Shown: positions 25,601-39,858 of the stretch, one piece after another
Layout of the letters: the number at the start of each line of letters is the position of its first letter
Numbering within the stretch: position 1 is the first letter of the stretch
Notes under the pieces: generated by a model
Told to the model about the DNA's origin: nothing
The model's database searches: none
What the model saw: only the letters and a program-made list of their open reading frames with translations
DNA from: Microthyrium microscopicum
Lineage: Eukaryota
Assembly (NCBI GenBank): GCA_010405405.1
Contig: MU004230.1
Coordinates: forward strand, 1,894,627 to 1,958,626
Direction of reading: 5' to 3'
DNA length: 64,000 nt
Translations under genes and position numbers: made by a program

Positions 25601-28600
25601 ATTCGGTTTTTGTTTGCTTTAAAGCCGGCCCAGGTTGTAATTAACTTCCATCTACCCCTCATCAAAAGGTCCTTTGACAATCCATACGACAGCATGAGCA
25701 GATTCAATAATGTGTTCGTACTTTTGCGTATGAGTGAGAAAGCCGATGCCGGATGGGAGACCCTTAGATTGAAATCAGGTACCATCTGCCGAGAAGATAT
25801 AAGTGAGGCACATTACTCACGAGATAGAGTCATATTTGTTGGAACATAAAACCGATCTTTCGATGATCGAGATCTTGAATCCTTCTATGCCGGTGCCGAG
25901 CGCTAAAGAGCGAGGTATACCGGGTACTACGTTGTAGGTGCAGCAATTTAATGTACCCCGTTGCCGGCATTCCGTAGAAAAGGAACCAAGTTTCAGTGTC
26001 ACAGACTCACAGTAATATGGAATATTGCTCTATACTTGTTAAAGAAATGGTATCAACAGAGTTTGGTAAAGCTTAAACATTGAAGCAAAATTCAAGGGTG
26101 TTTTGTGATTACTGCATTGATGTTGCAAGTTCCCCGACCAAGGGGTTGACAAAATAAATGGCGGGTTCCTAGCGAGTGCGATGGCTCCCATACAAGACGA
26201 TCGATCATCAAGTGCTTTATTTACCACCGACCGCGTTCAGACTTGGGCAGTTTATCGAAAGCGATGGGAAATATAACACCTTTTAATTAGCAGCGTTCGT
26301 GGGAGCCATCGACGCTGATGGGAGAACGACAATTATTTTGTCATGCGGTTGCCCGACAATACTCTACGCTTTCGGAGGTTTCAGACCATGATTTCGCTCG
26401 CATCAAGATTTTGAGAATAAAGATCATGAGAATGATGATATGCCGGCAATGAATTATGGCTCATACCACGAGAAGTGACAACAATCACACCGAGTGCTAT
26501 ACGGAGGAGCTCCTGCCGAGACCATTGTAGAAGGAACAAAAGTAGCTTCGATCAACTAAATCAACTCGGCTGCGCACAAATTGAACATAAATCTACTTGT
26601 ACAGATGCACCGTTCTGAATGATCAAGTAGTGGTTGAAATCATGACGGCGTGTTGTTACAATATCCAATCGGTAACTTAAAGGTAGCCGCACCCCCGGAA
26701 TGACAGCATGGGAGACACGAAGTTTTCAGATGGCAATTTTGTTTTCCCATTGGAACACCGACCTTGATCAATCGATGACGTAGATCCTTGGCGGGGTTTC
26801 CGAGGCTCTCACGCTCGCTCTTTCGAAAGCTCAAAGTATTTTCTGGCAAAAATACTAACTAGACTTATATGAGAACTAGAAAGGAGCCAAGATAATCAGG
26901 AACGAGAAGACGGGTAGATGATAGATCTCAGGGTCCTTTCCACCCATCTCAACGGTTATCTACACACCCATTATACTTTTCATAGTAACAAAAGATGCCG
27001 ATCTGAGTGCACATCCCGATGCTCCACCAGCAAGAAGTCAGCAAGCGAACATAAGGGCTTTGGCCAGTGGCGGCGCAGACCCAGCAGTTCGCCAAGAAAA
27101 GACCGTGCACCATCTACAAACTCTCTAAATCCTCCACGCGCATGCGACGCTAATGCGCGCCAGACGGTCCGTGCTCTTGTTATATGGCGAGGTTTTGGTC
27201 AAATTCGTGCAGATTTGATATGCGCAAGCGCCTCTTCACCGACTTCTGAAAGAAACCTTTCCGATCCCCACGCTCATTTGCGATGCTCTCAATTATCTCG
27301 TCCAGTCGTCGAATATAAACGACCTATTCATCCAATCACTAAACAAGCTCACGATGGCTTTTTTGCATTTCTTCAAGCTCAACCCCAGAAGAGCCTCAGT
27401 CTTTCGACCACGGACCTGTAGCTCTATTCAGCTAAAGCTTCCAGATCACCTATCAGTTAGACCCAAAAGGCACAGCTGCCATCGAAAGATGGGGCAATAA
27501 TCCAGGGGAATTGAGATCTTGTGCCTGCCCAGGTTTTTCTCAACTCCTCCACTCTCATCACATCGTGGTTGAATTGTAGCTGAAGGTTGCACACCCAAGT
27601 ACGCCACTGATGAGCCGGTTATCGCGGATTTATATTGCGATTGGTCCAAGTGGAAACCGTTGAAAGTTCCAATACCCGCCACAAACAATGTTTTCTTTCT
27701 GCAAACGGGTCGCTAATTTACTCCCAATAAATTAGCGAACGCTTCTACCTGCCAGGAACGGTACTTTGCATCATTTTCCTCAAGTCAGAAAATTGTCTTC
27801 GTTTCATTGCTCATCATTGGAGTATTATTGCATTCGAATCACAGCTGAAAAATAAATCAAAATGATTCGAATTGCTTCTTTATCAGTTCGTGGCAAAGCT
27901 GTTCCTTGAACAAATTGTTAGCTCTTGCATTTACAGCTGTGGCTTGTACTTCTGTATGCATAATAATCTACAAAGCGTCTATTTCTTCAGGGTGATACCG
28001 TATCTTATATCTCTGGGTATAATTCTGTACGCTGTGCAATCAAAGGCGGACATAGCATGCACTGAACCAGTGTAGTAAAATGCATATCAATACCGCATAT
28101 GATGAGACTTACCTGTCTTTTAATATCTGATACCCTCCCATCTTGAGCCGCTAAATAAATCCTCGTCGATCTTACATTACAGCTCCAAAAACACCACCAC
28201 ATCTTGCACGTGTGGTCCTGATTGGCCTGTTCGAGCCTCTTATATGTTCAGTCAACTACGTACTGTTCAAATGGTACGTAAACTACTGAATACCTCTAAC
28301 TACCAGAGGATCACTGAGCTGGCCCGTCTGGTATAAGCAGTCTTGATTAGTATACTAGTCGAACAAGGTGGTTTGACATCTCACCACCGGCTCTACCGGA
28401 ACAGCTTTTGATCACAGCATACAGTTATGAGATGATATTGCCGCGCACACCATGATTGCAAATCTTCATGGATCAATGTAAACATGGTATTGCCTAGCAA
28501 TTACTGACATTTACAATGGAGAAAAAAAATGTAAGGATTCAGGGTCCACTTGAAGATCCAAGACCAGCGTTAAGTCTTTAGCTGTGCAAGGTGTTGCAAC

Positions 28601-31600
28601 ACCATGCTGTTTCCAAAGCAGTTCATTCCACACTCGATGCTAACCCATGCTATATAACTGCTGGGGCATAGATTTTCATGCTTGACATCCAAATCTAAGT
28701 CGAGCCGCTTGAGTCAAAGCACTAATCGGCGGTGTGTTTTCTCCTATCAAACACCCCCTCTTAACGTTCGATCTGTCGCAAGGAAGAAAAGTACGCACTG
28801 AACACTAAGCAATATATCTTTGATTTGATAACCCCTCACACCCCACTCGGAAGCTATGGCCTTGTTAGGAAATGTGTCAATTGTATATTTCTGAGCACAC
28901 TTTGGCATTCAATGGCGATGTATGGATGTGAAATGCAAATGTGCCAACCTTACACATTTGTTGATCCGGAGAGGACTCCGTGATAAGAACACTGCAGTCT
29001 ACTGCAGCAAGCCTTGTTATAAAAGCGCTTTGAATCGGCTTCTTGTACGCCCTGACTGGGAATCTCGGAAACAGGGCTCTTATCTTCTCAAAGTAACGCA
29101 AAATAGACCCTTTAAATCCGTATATTTGGTGTTTTATACCACCATGACTTGGAAGCTTCAAAGCACCACCTATTTACCATTATAAGAGCTGTCAGAATTG
29201 AAATAGCGCATGATTGGAGAGCTCAAAAAAAGTCAAAAATATCTGCACTGCACCCCATACTGCTACCTAACCTTAGCGAGTGGAGTTTTGATACAGATTA
29301 AGTGCTGGTTCCAGCTCTTGTCAAGCTAGAGTCAGTGGCATGCGGCCATCGGCGTACGCCACCACGCACTCCAACAAGCAGACGTGCCATTCAAATCGAG
29401 TCTAACACTCTCCTGCCATCCAGTGCTGTCAAGAATCTACGACATGAAGACACATTCAGGGTTCACATAACTTACATAGTATCTTTTGCCCCTCACCAAG
29501 CTGCAGATCAGTGCTGTACGTTCCCTTTAAGGCAGAGGTCCATCGCCATACTAGTGATTGTGGATATATGCAGCATATATGGTGTGGTAGCAAAAAACCT
29601 TACAACTTGATAATTAAAAGCACCAGGGACCCTGATCGACAGGTATGAAAGCATATCATAGAGATAGTGGCCGCTCGGTCCGCACACGGTACCTTTTCAA
29701 ACTTGCGAGACAACAAGGGCGATCTGGGTGTGGTAGGGTCCTTAGGAAGCGTAAACTCGTTATCAGTGAGGTCGTTTGGTTGCGACCAATCGAACAGTGT
29801 TGATATTGGCCAAGGGTCGTACCGTAGTGCTGGCGGGCGAAATTGATAAGGGGATTGGCAGTGCCAATGCAGTAAGGCTGCGGGCTGGGTGTGCAAGGCT
29901 GGGGATCTTGGAGGCTATCTTACCTATTCCAGTCGGTGCCGATGGTATTGTGAGAAGGTCTATGAGTTCTTTCTCCTATACCGGAGCTTTTGTCTAAAGG
30001 TGTTTGGTTCCGTTCAAAGATAATGGACATAAGATATGTTAATGTCAGTAGTCGTAGGAGCAAGTAGATTACACTTGATCTTTGAAGCAACCAGACCCAA
30101 TAGGAACGAACAGTTACCTTTCAAACGCTATAGGTAGTAAGTGAAGCCATTGGCTTTGGAACTATACAAATACATGGCATCGTCAGTTCAGAGATACACA
30201 CTTTTGGACCCTTTACACGTCAAATCTTTAGAGAGTTCTGTAGGTAGCATTGGAGCCCTTGCATAGTGGAGAATAATAGAACTCCACTCTCACCGCCTAG
30301 ACCGTGTCTTAGGCTAGAATGCAAATTTTTTCCTACCTCTCAAACATTTATGGCCTACGAATCCCTTAACCTACATCGACGTTGTGGCGTGCCGCTAGTA
30401 ATCCCTAGATCTACCGTTCTAATTTAAAAGCGGTTACTACTACCAAAATTTTGTAGGGTATAGCTAAAGGGCTATTATCTAAAGGGGCTTAATAATTATT
30501 ATGAAGTACAGCATAAATTATTACATATAAATTTAATTCTTAGTATTAGTATTACTAAATTTATAAATACTCTATAATCTTTTTCTCTAGATTAATATAA
30601 TCCCCTTCTATTACTACTAAATAATTTAGTTAGTTTTTATCTAATATAGTAATAAATTATATACTTATAATGCTTATAATATAGCCTAAAATAATGTTTA
30701 TAAAGTAGAACTATATCTAGATATTTAATATAATGCCTAGTAGTAGTAAAAATATATCTATTTAGATAACTATTAGCTTATTACTAATAGTAATAGAAAC
30801 ATCTTCCTCTTCTACTACCTAAAGTAAAAGGAATAAGAGTATATTAACTTATAGTGAGTTAAATAATAGGTAATTTAGATTTAGGATAAATGTTAACTTA
30901 AGCTCAGTAGTATCTTATCTAGTTAACTTTAATTTTATAACTAAAATTAATGTATTTCTTACTAAATTCAATGCTATAGTCTTTAATTAGACCTTATATA
31001 TATAAATTCTAAGCTAGAATTAATTAAAATTGTCTTATATTTAATAGATATTATTAATAATACTAATTCTAATTATTAGTATAGTTAAGTTATATCTTAA
31101 GCTCTACCTACTAAGCTATAATGTAAGCATTTCTAATAGTTACATTAAGATTAAAAAACTATAGAGGAAACTATATTCTATTATTTAAAATAAATATATA
31201 TTAGTATAGAATTTTAAGAGCTTTTTAACAGTACTATTTTTAAGAAATAATATTAAGATTTAAAGTCTATAAAAACTCTAATAGCGTTTTTAGTTTACTT
31301 ACTTTAGTGGTAGACTATATAGTAAGCTTAATGTTAGTCCGTAATATTAACTCTACCTATATAGAAATTATAATCTATAGCTACTATAGGCTATTTGAGA
31401 TATTTATAAGATTTAGAACCCTAAAGATAATTAATATTCTCTTTCTTATACTTTATTATCTTCTTTAGGATTATAGGTTTAGTTCAAATAGCTTTTTTAG
31501 TAATTCTAACACTATAAGATATAGTTAGGAAGTATATAAGAATATAATCTCGCTATACTAGAGATAGTATATCTTAAATAACTAACTTGTTAGTCTCTCT

Positions 31601-32078
31601 TTAAGGCTATTTATTATTCTTCTTATTAAAAAAAGTATACTCTTTAGGGTATTCTTTCTAATTAGTATAAGTAGTACCTACTATAGTAATTCTATACTAC
31701 TATAGGGCATTAAATAGGTATATAGACGTAAAGAAGTTATTATAAAAGATAATAAAGTTGTTTTGCTAAAGAGAAAGAGATAAGTATAATTAGATTACTA
31801 CCTAAGCTATAAGGCTTAATTTAGTAAAGAATATAGGTATATCTCTAGGTGAACTCTAGCTTAACCTATAGGTAAGAATATTAATATTCTCTCTAGTTAA
31901 TTAAAGAGATTTAGAGCGTGTAGTATAAAGCAGGTTGTAGACGTATCTATAATTATATAAAGTAAGTATTTTAAATCCTTTTAGGATTAGTTTACCCTTA
32001 ATATAAATCGTGTTGCCTAATCTACCTATATATTTTACTATTATCTTATTAATTAAGATATAGGTCAACGGCGTAATA

Positions 32079-32307
32079 TGTAAGGATCTAATAGGCACGT
32101 AATTAAGCAAAGAGTAGATAATATTTAACGATCTAGCGTACGAAGAGAGAGAGAGAGGTAGAGTAGAATCTATACTAAGGGAAGAAGAGGATAATGCTTG
32201 GAAGATCCTTAGGGACGCTAGTTCTAATTAGGACTAGCGCTGCTAGATCTTTGTGTAAGATCTAGCTTAATACTAAAGCTATTATGCTTTAGCAAGGAAT
32301 CCTTATA
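32079..32307 (-). repeat. Gypsy 3' LTR
   Basis: TGTAAGGATC...CCTTATA (RIPped ..TACA); direct repeat of 39630-39858, differing mostly by transitions. Confidence 0.92.
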
Positions 32308-35300
32308 TTACTCCTTCTTCTAAAACTAGCGCTCTAAGTTACGTTCTAATCTATGCTATTTTATTCTAGGCTAGGCTAGGCTAGTCTAGTTTAGTCTAGT
32401 CTAGTCTAATCTAATCTGCTCTATATTTAATAAAATGCTATTTGCGCTCTTTTGCTATTCTACTATTCTCTAGCTTGCTAAGGTAACTGTCTAGGTATTA
32501 ATAAACCTAGATATCCTTAGAATACTTTAGTTTATAGCGCTAATAAGGCGCTAATAGTAGCGTAATATAAATAAATAAATAAATACTTTTATTCCTCTAA
32601 CTAGTTATCTAGTAAACTATTACTATCATAGTTAGTAGAGTTAGATATATTAGGTCTAATAATAGGTAGTAACTACTTAGGGTTAGGGCTAGGCTTTGTA
32701 AGATTGTATTTATAGAAGTCGTAGATTAGGTTCGCTACGTTCTTAAGGTCTTTTTATAGTTACTATAAAGGTATATCGTAATTTATCTATTTTATAAGGT
32801 ATTCTAACTTCTTACAGGTGTCCTTTTTATAGTGGCTATTAAGGATTTTATTAACTTACTACTCTTCTTCTTCTTATACTTTACTTACTACTACTAGTAG
32901 AGGGTTATATTAACGTAGAAGTTCTATATTGTTTATAATAGTATATAGTAGCTAAATGTAAAATATAAGGTATATCTTTATATACTTTAGTAGGTTAAGT
33001 TTAAATATAATAGCGTTAAGCTTCTTTAGGATATAGAATAGTTCTACGCTTTTATTATTAAGAGTTTTAAACGCGCGTATTATATAGTAGTTTTAAATAT
33101 CTAGACGTACCTAGTCTTTAGGTTAAAGATCTAGTGCTACATATTAGTGCTTATTAGCTTATTTAGCTTATTATACTTATACCTATATTAGCTATTCTAT
33201 AAGATAATTATATATATTTTTATAGCCTTCCTATATCTTATTAGCGTCTTTTTATTCTTATTAAGCTAAAGAGGAGGAGTATTAGTACGGTGCTAGTGCT
33301 TAGTAAGCTAATTTAAGTCTAAATTTAGGGAGGAAGTTATATTAGATCTTAAAGAGAGTAAAGCTTATCATTATATTAATAGCAAAGTTAATAGTAAACT
33401 TTATAAATAGTAGTAACTAGACTTAGTTATCCTAATTTTAGTTAATAAAAGTATAAAGATATTACTTAAGTATTAATATTAAGATTTCTATAATTCTATT
33501 AGTTTATAAGTACTATATAGTACTTAGCTATAGTACTATACTTACTTAATTATATAATTATTTCTAAAACGCTAAAGTAAACTATAATCCTCTATCTAAT
33601 AAGATTATATTTAGCTATCCTATTAATTTCTAGACTTAATTTATAAATATAAGAACTATTATTTCTATAGAGAGGTTAGGTAGGGGGACAAAGCGTCATT
33701 AGTAGGTATATTAGTCTATAATAATTATAACGTAACGAAAAGTAATACCTAAATAGATATATTAAGATAGAGAGATAGTAAAGTTAATTAAGATATCTAA
33801 CTATGCTTACTTTAGTAAAGGGAAAGACTAAAGAAGTTCTTACTTCTTTTAGTAGATTAGTTTAGTAAAGATATATTTATATTTTAAGATGTACTTCTTT
33901 ATATTTTGTAATATATATAGCTACTAGTAATTTTGCTAGAGCTAGTAATAAGTAGTTATTAAGCCTTTATAATCTATAACTTTATAGTAGTAGGTATATA
34001 TTATAGCGTGATAATAAAGCTTGTCTTTAGATATTAGAATACGTTAGTAATAAAGGACTAGACCCTTTACTAAGATTATATAGTTACTAAGCTTAATGTC
34101 TTATTATTCTAGGATGCTAAAAGGAAGATATAATAATCCTTCTTGCTTAGTATAGTAAATAGTATTTAGCAACGCATCGTCTTTACCTACTTCTATTATT
34201 TCTATTAGAAACTAATTGACGTTAAAATTTAGGGATTTGTTAAGCTCTAAGAAGTTGCCCTTAGGCGCGTTCTTAGGCTGGTTTTTATTACTAAGGTTTA
34301 CTATTATAGGGTTCTTTAATAACTCTTTTGTTTTGGTAGGAAAATCTAACTTATTTGTAATAATAGTAGTAATCTATATAAGAGATAACGTAATAGGTTT
34401 AACTAGTAGGCGTGCTATCTTAATTATATACGTAGTATTAAATTAGTAGAGAAAAAGTAGAGAGTATACTTAGTGCTAAATATATAAATTATTATTATTC
34501 TAGGGGAGATCTTAAGAGTACTAAGTTAGTATATTTGCTTTTTTATTAGCTAGTCTAGGATAATATATAATCTTAAAGTAGAACTATAATAGAAATTCTG
34601 CTTAGCGTGCTTAATAGTGTAAAAGCTTTTTAGTAATTATAAACGTCTATAGATTTTGATAGTTAAAGAATACTTTAATAAGATTGTTAGTAGAGAATAG
34701 CTCTAGTTCTTATTTCTTAAAAGCGTATATAATTATAAGAAGCTTTTTGTTATAAATATTATAGTTATACTTAGCTAGAGATATCTTCTTTAATAGGAAC
34801 GCTATAGGATATAGATCTTTATTATTATTTTTTTAAGATAATACTTCTACGTATACTTAGTTTAACGTGTTAGTTTTAAGCTAGGTTTCCTTAGTATAGT
34901 TAAAGTGTTTTAGAATAGGTGCTATTATAAACGCCTTTTTTAGTTTATTAAATGCTTAGTCTTTAGGACCTTTAATATCTTATAGGAAGATAGTTACGAT
35001 GTCCTTCTTTATTAAAGCTATAAGAGGTATAGCAATTTCTAAGTATCCTTATATAAAATAATAATAGAAGTTAGTAAAACTTAGGAAAGCTTAGATATCT
35101 TTTATATATAATAGTTATTTCTATTCTAGTACTAATTCTACCTTTATTAGATCTATCTTAATACTTTTTATAGTAATAATTAGCTCTAGATATTTTACTT
35201 TTATAGTAGTAAACTTTAATTTATAGATATTAAGATATAGACTAGCTTTTTCTAGTTTGTTAAGTACTAAGTATATATAAGTTATATGTTCTTTATATAT

Positions 35301-38300
35301 CTTACTAAAAATAAGAATGTCGTCTATATAGACTATAGTAAAGTTGTTAAGATACTCTATTAGTATATAGTTAATATATACTTAAAAGGTACTTAGAGTG
35401 CTTATTAACCTAAAGAGTATAATAATAAACTTATAGAGACTATATTATATAAAGAAGGCTATTTTGTGCTTATCCTTAGGTTTAATTTATATCCGCTCGT
35501 AGGCTATAATGACGTTAAATTTATTATAGTATTGTACTTAATATAGCTTTGCTAAAGTATTAGAAAGTAATAGTAGTATGTTTTTGTTTTTATAAGAGAT
35601 TTTATTAAGACCTTAATAATTAATATAGACTTAAATACTTTTACTAGGTTTATATACGTATAATATTAGTACTATAAAGTATAATTTAGAAAGGCGTATA
35701 AAGCCTTTCTCTAATAGACTTTCTAGATACTATTTAATAATAATATTCTATTTTAGGTTTATGCTAGTATTATATTATTTAGGTATAGTAACGTTTAGTA
35801 TAAAATTAATAGAATAATTAAAACTTAGGTAGTAGGGTAGTAATTTATTTACTTTTTATAGGTTAAAGACTTTAAGATAGTAGTAAAACTCTTTTAGGAT
35901 TATCTTATAAAGTTCTTTGTAAGTAAGATAAGGTTGTTTATACTTTTCTTACTACTTCTTAAAGTCGTGCTTTAAGATAGCGAATAGGTTAATCACTACG
36001 TTATTTATAAAGAAGATTAGGTTTAATATTCTTAAAAGATTAAATAGTTTTAGTTCTTTTATTAAAGGGCTCTTTAGTAAAGGGCTATCTAGTAGCTTCT
36101 TTTCTTTAGGCTTAGTAAAGTTCTTAGGATAGAGAACTTCTACTTTCTATCCTTTTTATTTTACTAATATTATTATAATACGTATAAATATAACTACTAC
36201 TTTTTTATCTTTAAGAAGTTTTATAACGAAATTATATTAACTATAAGTATTAACTTTAATAGGGCGGTGTATTAAAATATAGTTATAAAAGTAATAATAA
36301 GAGTTAAATATAATAGTCTTTTCTTTTCCTCTTAGGTATACTTTATAAAGTTAGATCTAAGGGTTACTAAGAATAAGGTTATAAGTAGCTACCTTTATAA
36401 TGAAGTAATATATTTATTTAATATAACTTTTAATGCGTATAGTAACTAGTATAGCTTTATTGATTTTAATAATAGTTTTCTTATTTATAAGCTTTACTAA
36501 GCGTAGTTAATTAAGCTATATTTTTGATATATTATGCTATTTAATAAAGTAAGTATAGATAATTCTAAGTGCGTTACTACTAGTATTAATTAGAATGTTA
36601 TATTTCTTAAAGGCGTTAGCCTTTAGAATTAATATGTCTTTAACTATTGTCTATTATAGCCTTATAAAAGGTATATAGTTAACGTTATTTAGTAGTAGCT
36701 ATTCTGAATTAATTACTATTATGAATAGTTAAATAATATAATATACTTCTAGTAGTGGATTTAGGTTAGCTTGCTAAGCTTCTAGCTTTTAAATCCTATT
36801 TTAAATTTAGCCTAACTTATGCTTTTTTTACTAATTATATACTTCTTGTAGATTTAGCTCTTTCTTGCGTTAGTAAGGTAGAGCATTTAGTTTAAATACT
36901 TGCGTAAGTACGTATTAAGTATTTCTACTTATAAAGCGTTCGTAATAGTAGTAAGTATTGCTAAGACCTTTAGTTAGATTTCGTTATTTATTAAGTGAGT
37001 CTTTTATTTATAGGGAGCATCCTTTTGTTTTAAAGTGTAACCTTTCTTACTATACTTAGGGCATTTATTTTATGCTTATAAGGCTAGAAAGATATTATTA
37101 GAGCGGCGTAGACGTTTATTACTATTCTAATTATTGTTATTATAGGCGCCTCTATTCTAGTTCTCTAAATTGTTAGTTAAGTTATTATTGTTAGCGCTAT
37201 TACTATTAGAGTTATTAGTATTAGAATTATTATCGTTATTTTACTTTAGGAAGTTTAGGTCTTACTTTACGTCGTATAGATATATATAGAGTTTTGGGTA
37301 GGTTTTAATATTACGTCTTATTAAAAGATAAATAAATTATCTTAGAAGAAGTAAGCGTAGTTTTATAACTTTATTGTAATCCTCTAGATCTGTATCTTTA
37401 GTCTTCTCTAAAAAGTAGCTTAAGAATTTTATTAGGTTTTTTATAGTCTTTATCTTAGTATCTGCTAAATAGAGCTATTACTTTGTAATATTATATTTAT
37501 TAATTACTTTGTTATAAGTATCTAGGTCTTTTTATATATTATTAATAGTAAGGTAAGGGCTTATAGAGTTGTAGCCTAAGTGACGTAATATTAAAGACTA
37601 TGCTAGATTATTTAGGTTATTGTAGATAAACTAAATCTTCTTTTTATTAGTTAGGTAAAACTAAGTATCTTCTTCTAGAACGTTTAATACCTAATCTTTC
37701 TATTAGTAGTATTTATTTTTATCCTTACTATTATATTATTTAACTATATAATGAGATTAGCTAATATGTAGAGTAGTATTATTTAAGGGGTTAGACTCTA
37801 CTTTTAAGAAAGGTAATATAAAACGCGTTTGTATTAGATTAGGTTAAGTAGCTATAAGTTAATATAGTATAATATTAAGTAATTTAGCGTCTTCTTTATC
37901 TCCTAAGCGTATAAAAGCTAGTATATTATAAGGTTTTATAAAGGTTAGAAGATTCTATATCTACTACTTTATAGTATAAAGATATTAAGTAAGGGATTCG
38001 TTTTTAATATTAAGATTTATAATAGTAGTATTCTAAAGTTGTATTTGCTTACAATATTCTTAGAGTCGTTTTATATAATATACTAACTTTACTTCTATAG
38101 AAGTAGTATAGTTTTCTATTGCTTAGATATTATGCTATAATTAATAATAATTAGAGGTAAGTTTATAGTAATTAATTATACTAATCTAAAGTTCTTTAAC
38201 TTTTAAGAAGAGCTTATCTACTTCTGTCTTATAGTTAACTATAGAGCCTTTTAGGTTATTTACCTTATTTATAAGATTTTAGATCTCTTCTAAGGACTTA

Positions 38301-39629
38301 GTATTTTGGATATTGCTCTTTTGTAATTTATTATAGTAAAATTAGTAGCGTACTACTATAGCTTAGTTTATAGCTAAAGTAGCGTAAAGCTAATTAAATA
38401 AGAGCTAAGGGTCTTTTTAAGTAATTTCTTGCTTTAGCTCTTAAGCGTTATAAATTAGATAGTAATCTTTAAATACCCTAGTAGTAGGATTAGGTTCTTA
38501 ATAATAGAATAGTAATAATAGGTTTAAGGGACCTTTTAGTATAGCTACCTTTAGATCTTTATAGGCTTATATTTAAAGAGAGCCTTAGAAGACTTAGAAG
38601 AATATAATACGTACTGTATTATTAACTATTAGGTAGTTGTTTTAGAAAGCTAGAGGAACCTCTTTACAACTATTATTCTTAAGCTATATGTCTTATAACT
38701 AGACTAATATAGTAAGATAGATTCCTTTAAATATCTTTTCTTCTTTTATATTTTGTATATTCTTATAGAAAGCTAAAGAGGTTACTAGAGTAACTAGTTC
38801 TACTAAGAGTATAGTAAATACTATAGTTTTAATTAGTTATAAGAGTTTACTACTAGGCGTATACTAAATAGGTAATAGGATTAGCTTCTAGTTTACTTAT
38901 CCTTAGGTTAATAAATTAAAGAGTAAGAGGTTATTATCTTTATTAGAATTAATATAAGATAGCTAGCGCTTACTCTTTTCTTATTAAGAAGTCTAAATAG
39001 TAGCTTAAGTAGATTCTTACGTATTTACTACTATTTTCTTTATAAATAAGCCTTTAGGACCTTAATCCTAATAGTGGCTAATAACTAATGTATAGTAGCT
39101 ATAAGAGGGGCCTAGAACTATGTTATCTTAGCGTTCTAGAGATACGAACTATGATTAAGAGCAAGTAGTCACGTTAAGGCTTAGAGGCGTTAAGGGAAGA
39201 AACTCTTTAAGAGGGTTTATAGTTTCGTTAGGTAGTTACGTAGGGGTAATAACGAGTAATAATAATTAGATAATTTCTTAATTACTAGGGATAGATAGTT
39301 GATAGATTAAGGGTAATTAGAATGTAGATTAGTAATATAGAGAGAGGTAGAAGGGCAAAGGTTCTATATAGCTAAGTAGAGGGGTTCTAAGAGCTTAGAC
39401 TACTATAAAATCTAAGTGTTTATATTAAACACCTTATAAAGACAATTAATTAGTGTTTTAGAAAGTAGTAAAAATATACTACCTAATCGTATTAAGGAGT
39501 TTATAAGTAAGAACGCGCGTAAGCTATCTCTTAAGTATAAGTTTTAAAATCTAGGAGCGCTAATCCCTAAGGATAAATACGTAAATAATTTTAAAGTTAA
39601 TTTTTAGTTTTAATAGGTATGCTAGATTA

Positions 39630-39858
39630 TGTAAGGATCTAATGAGCACGTAATTAAGCAAAGGGTAGATAATATTTAACGATTTAGCGTATAAAGGAAG
39701 AGAGAGAAGTAGAGTAGAATTTACGCTAAGGAAAGAAAAGAGTAATGCTTAGAAGATCCTTAGGGACGCTAGTCTTAATTAGGACTAGCGCCGCTAGATC
39801 TTTATATAAGATCTAGCTTAATACTAAAGCCATTATGCTTTAGCAAGGAATCCTTATA
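39630..39858 (-). repeat. Gypsy 5' LTR
   Basis: Direct repeat of 32079-32307 with the same length. Confidence 0.92.

Larger units (their letters stand above)
32079..39858 (-). mobile_element. Full-length Ty3/Gypsy chromovirus LTR retrotransposon, heavily RIP-mutated
   Basis: 229-bp LTRs at 32079-32307 and 39630-39858; 5-bp TSD TAATA at 32074-32078 and 39859-39863; PPT next to 32308. Minus-strand RT VYIDDILIFS (~35320), RNase H NYQNL*TFIITKKL..AR*AEFL (~34600) and chromodomain EEE**VNKILNS..LEYLIK* (~32750-32870), in RT-RH-IN order. Confidence 0.93.

Noticed and set aside
27710..27738. 11-bp perfect hairpin TCGCTAATTTA/TAAATTAGCGA
   Set aside because: Isolated, AT-rich, with no TSD or second copy. 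Could arise by chance in 64 kb.
32366..32416. (CTAGG/CTAGT/CTAAT)n pentamer run
   Set aside because: Microsatellite in the Gypsy 3' UTR, reshaped by RIP. No independent signal.
32677..32688. TTAGGGTTAGGG telomere-like repeat
   Set aside because: Only two units, inside the Gypsy pol C-terminus (reads PNPK on the minus strand). Not an interstitial telomere.
39103..39629. Possible second nested LTR beginning TGTTA at 39121
   Set aside because: No second copy or TSD was found. It is most simply the Gypsy 5' leader.
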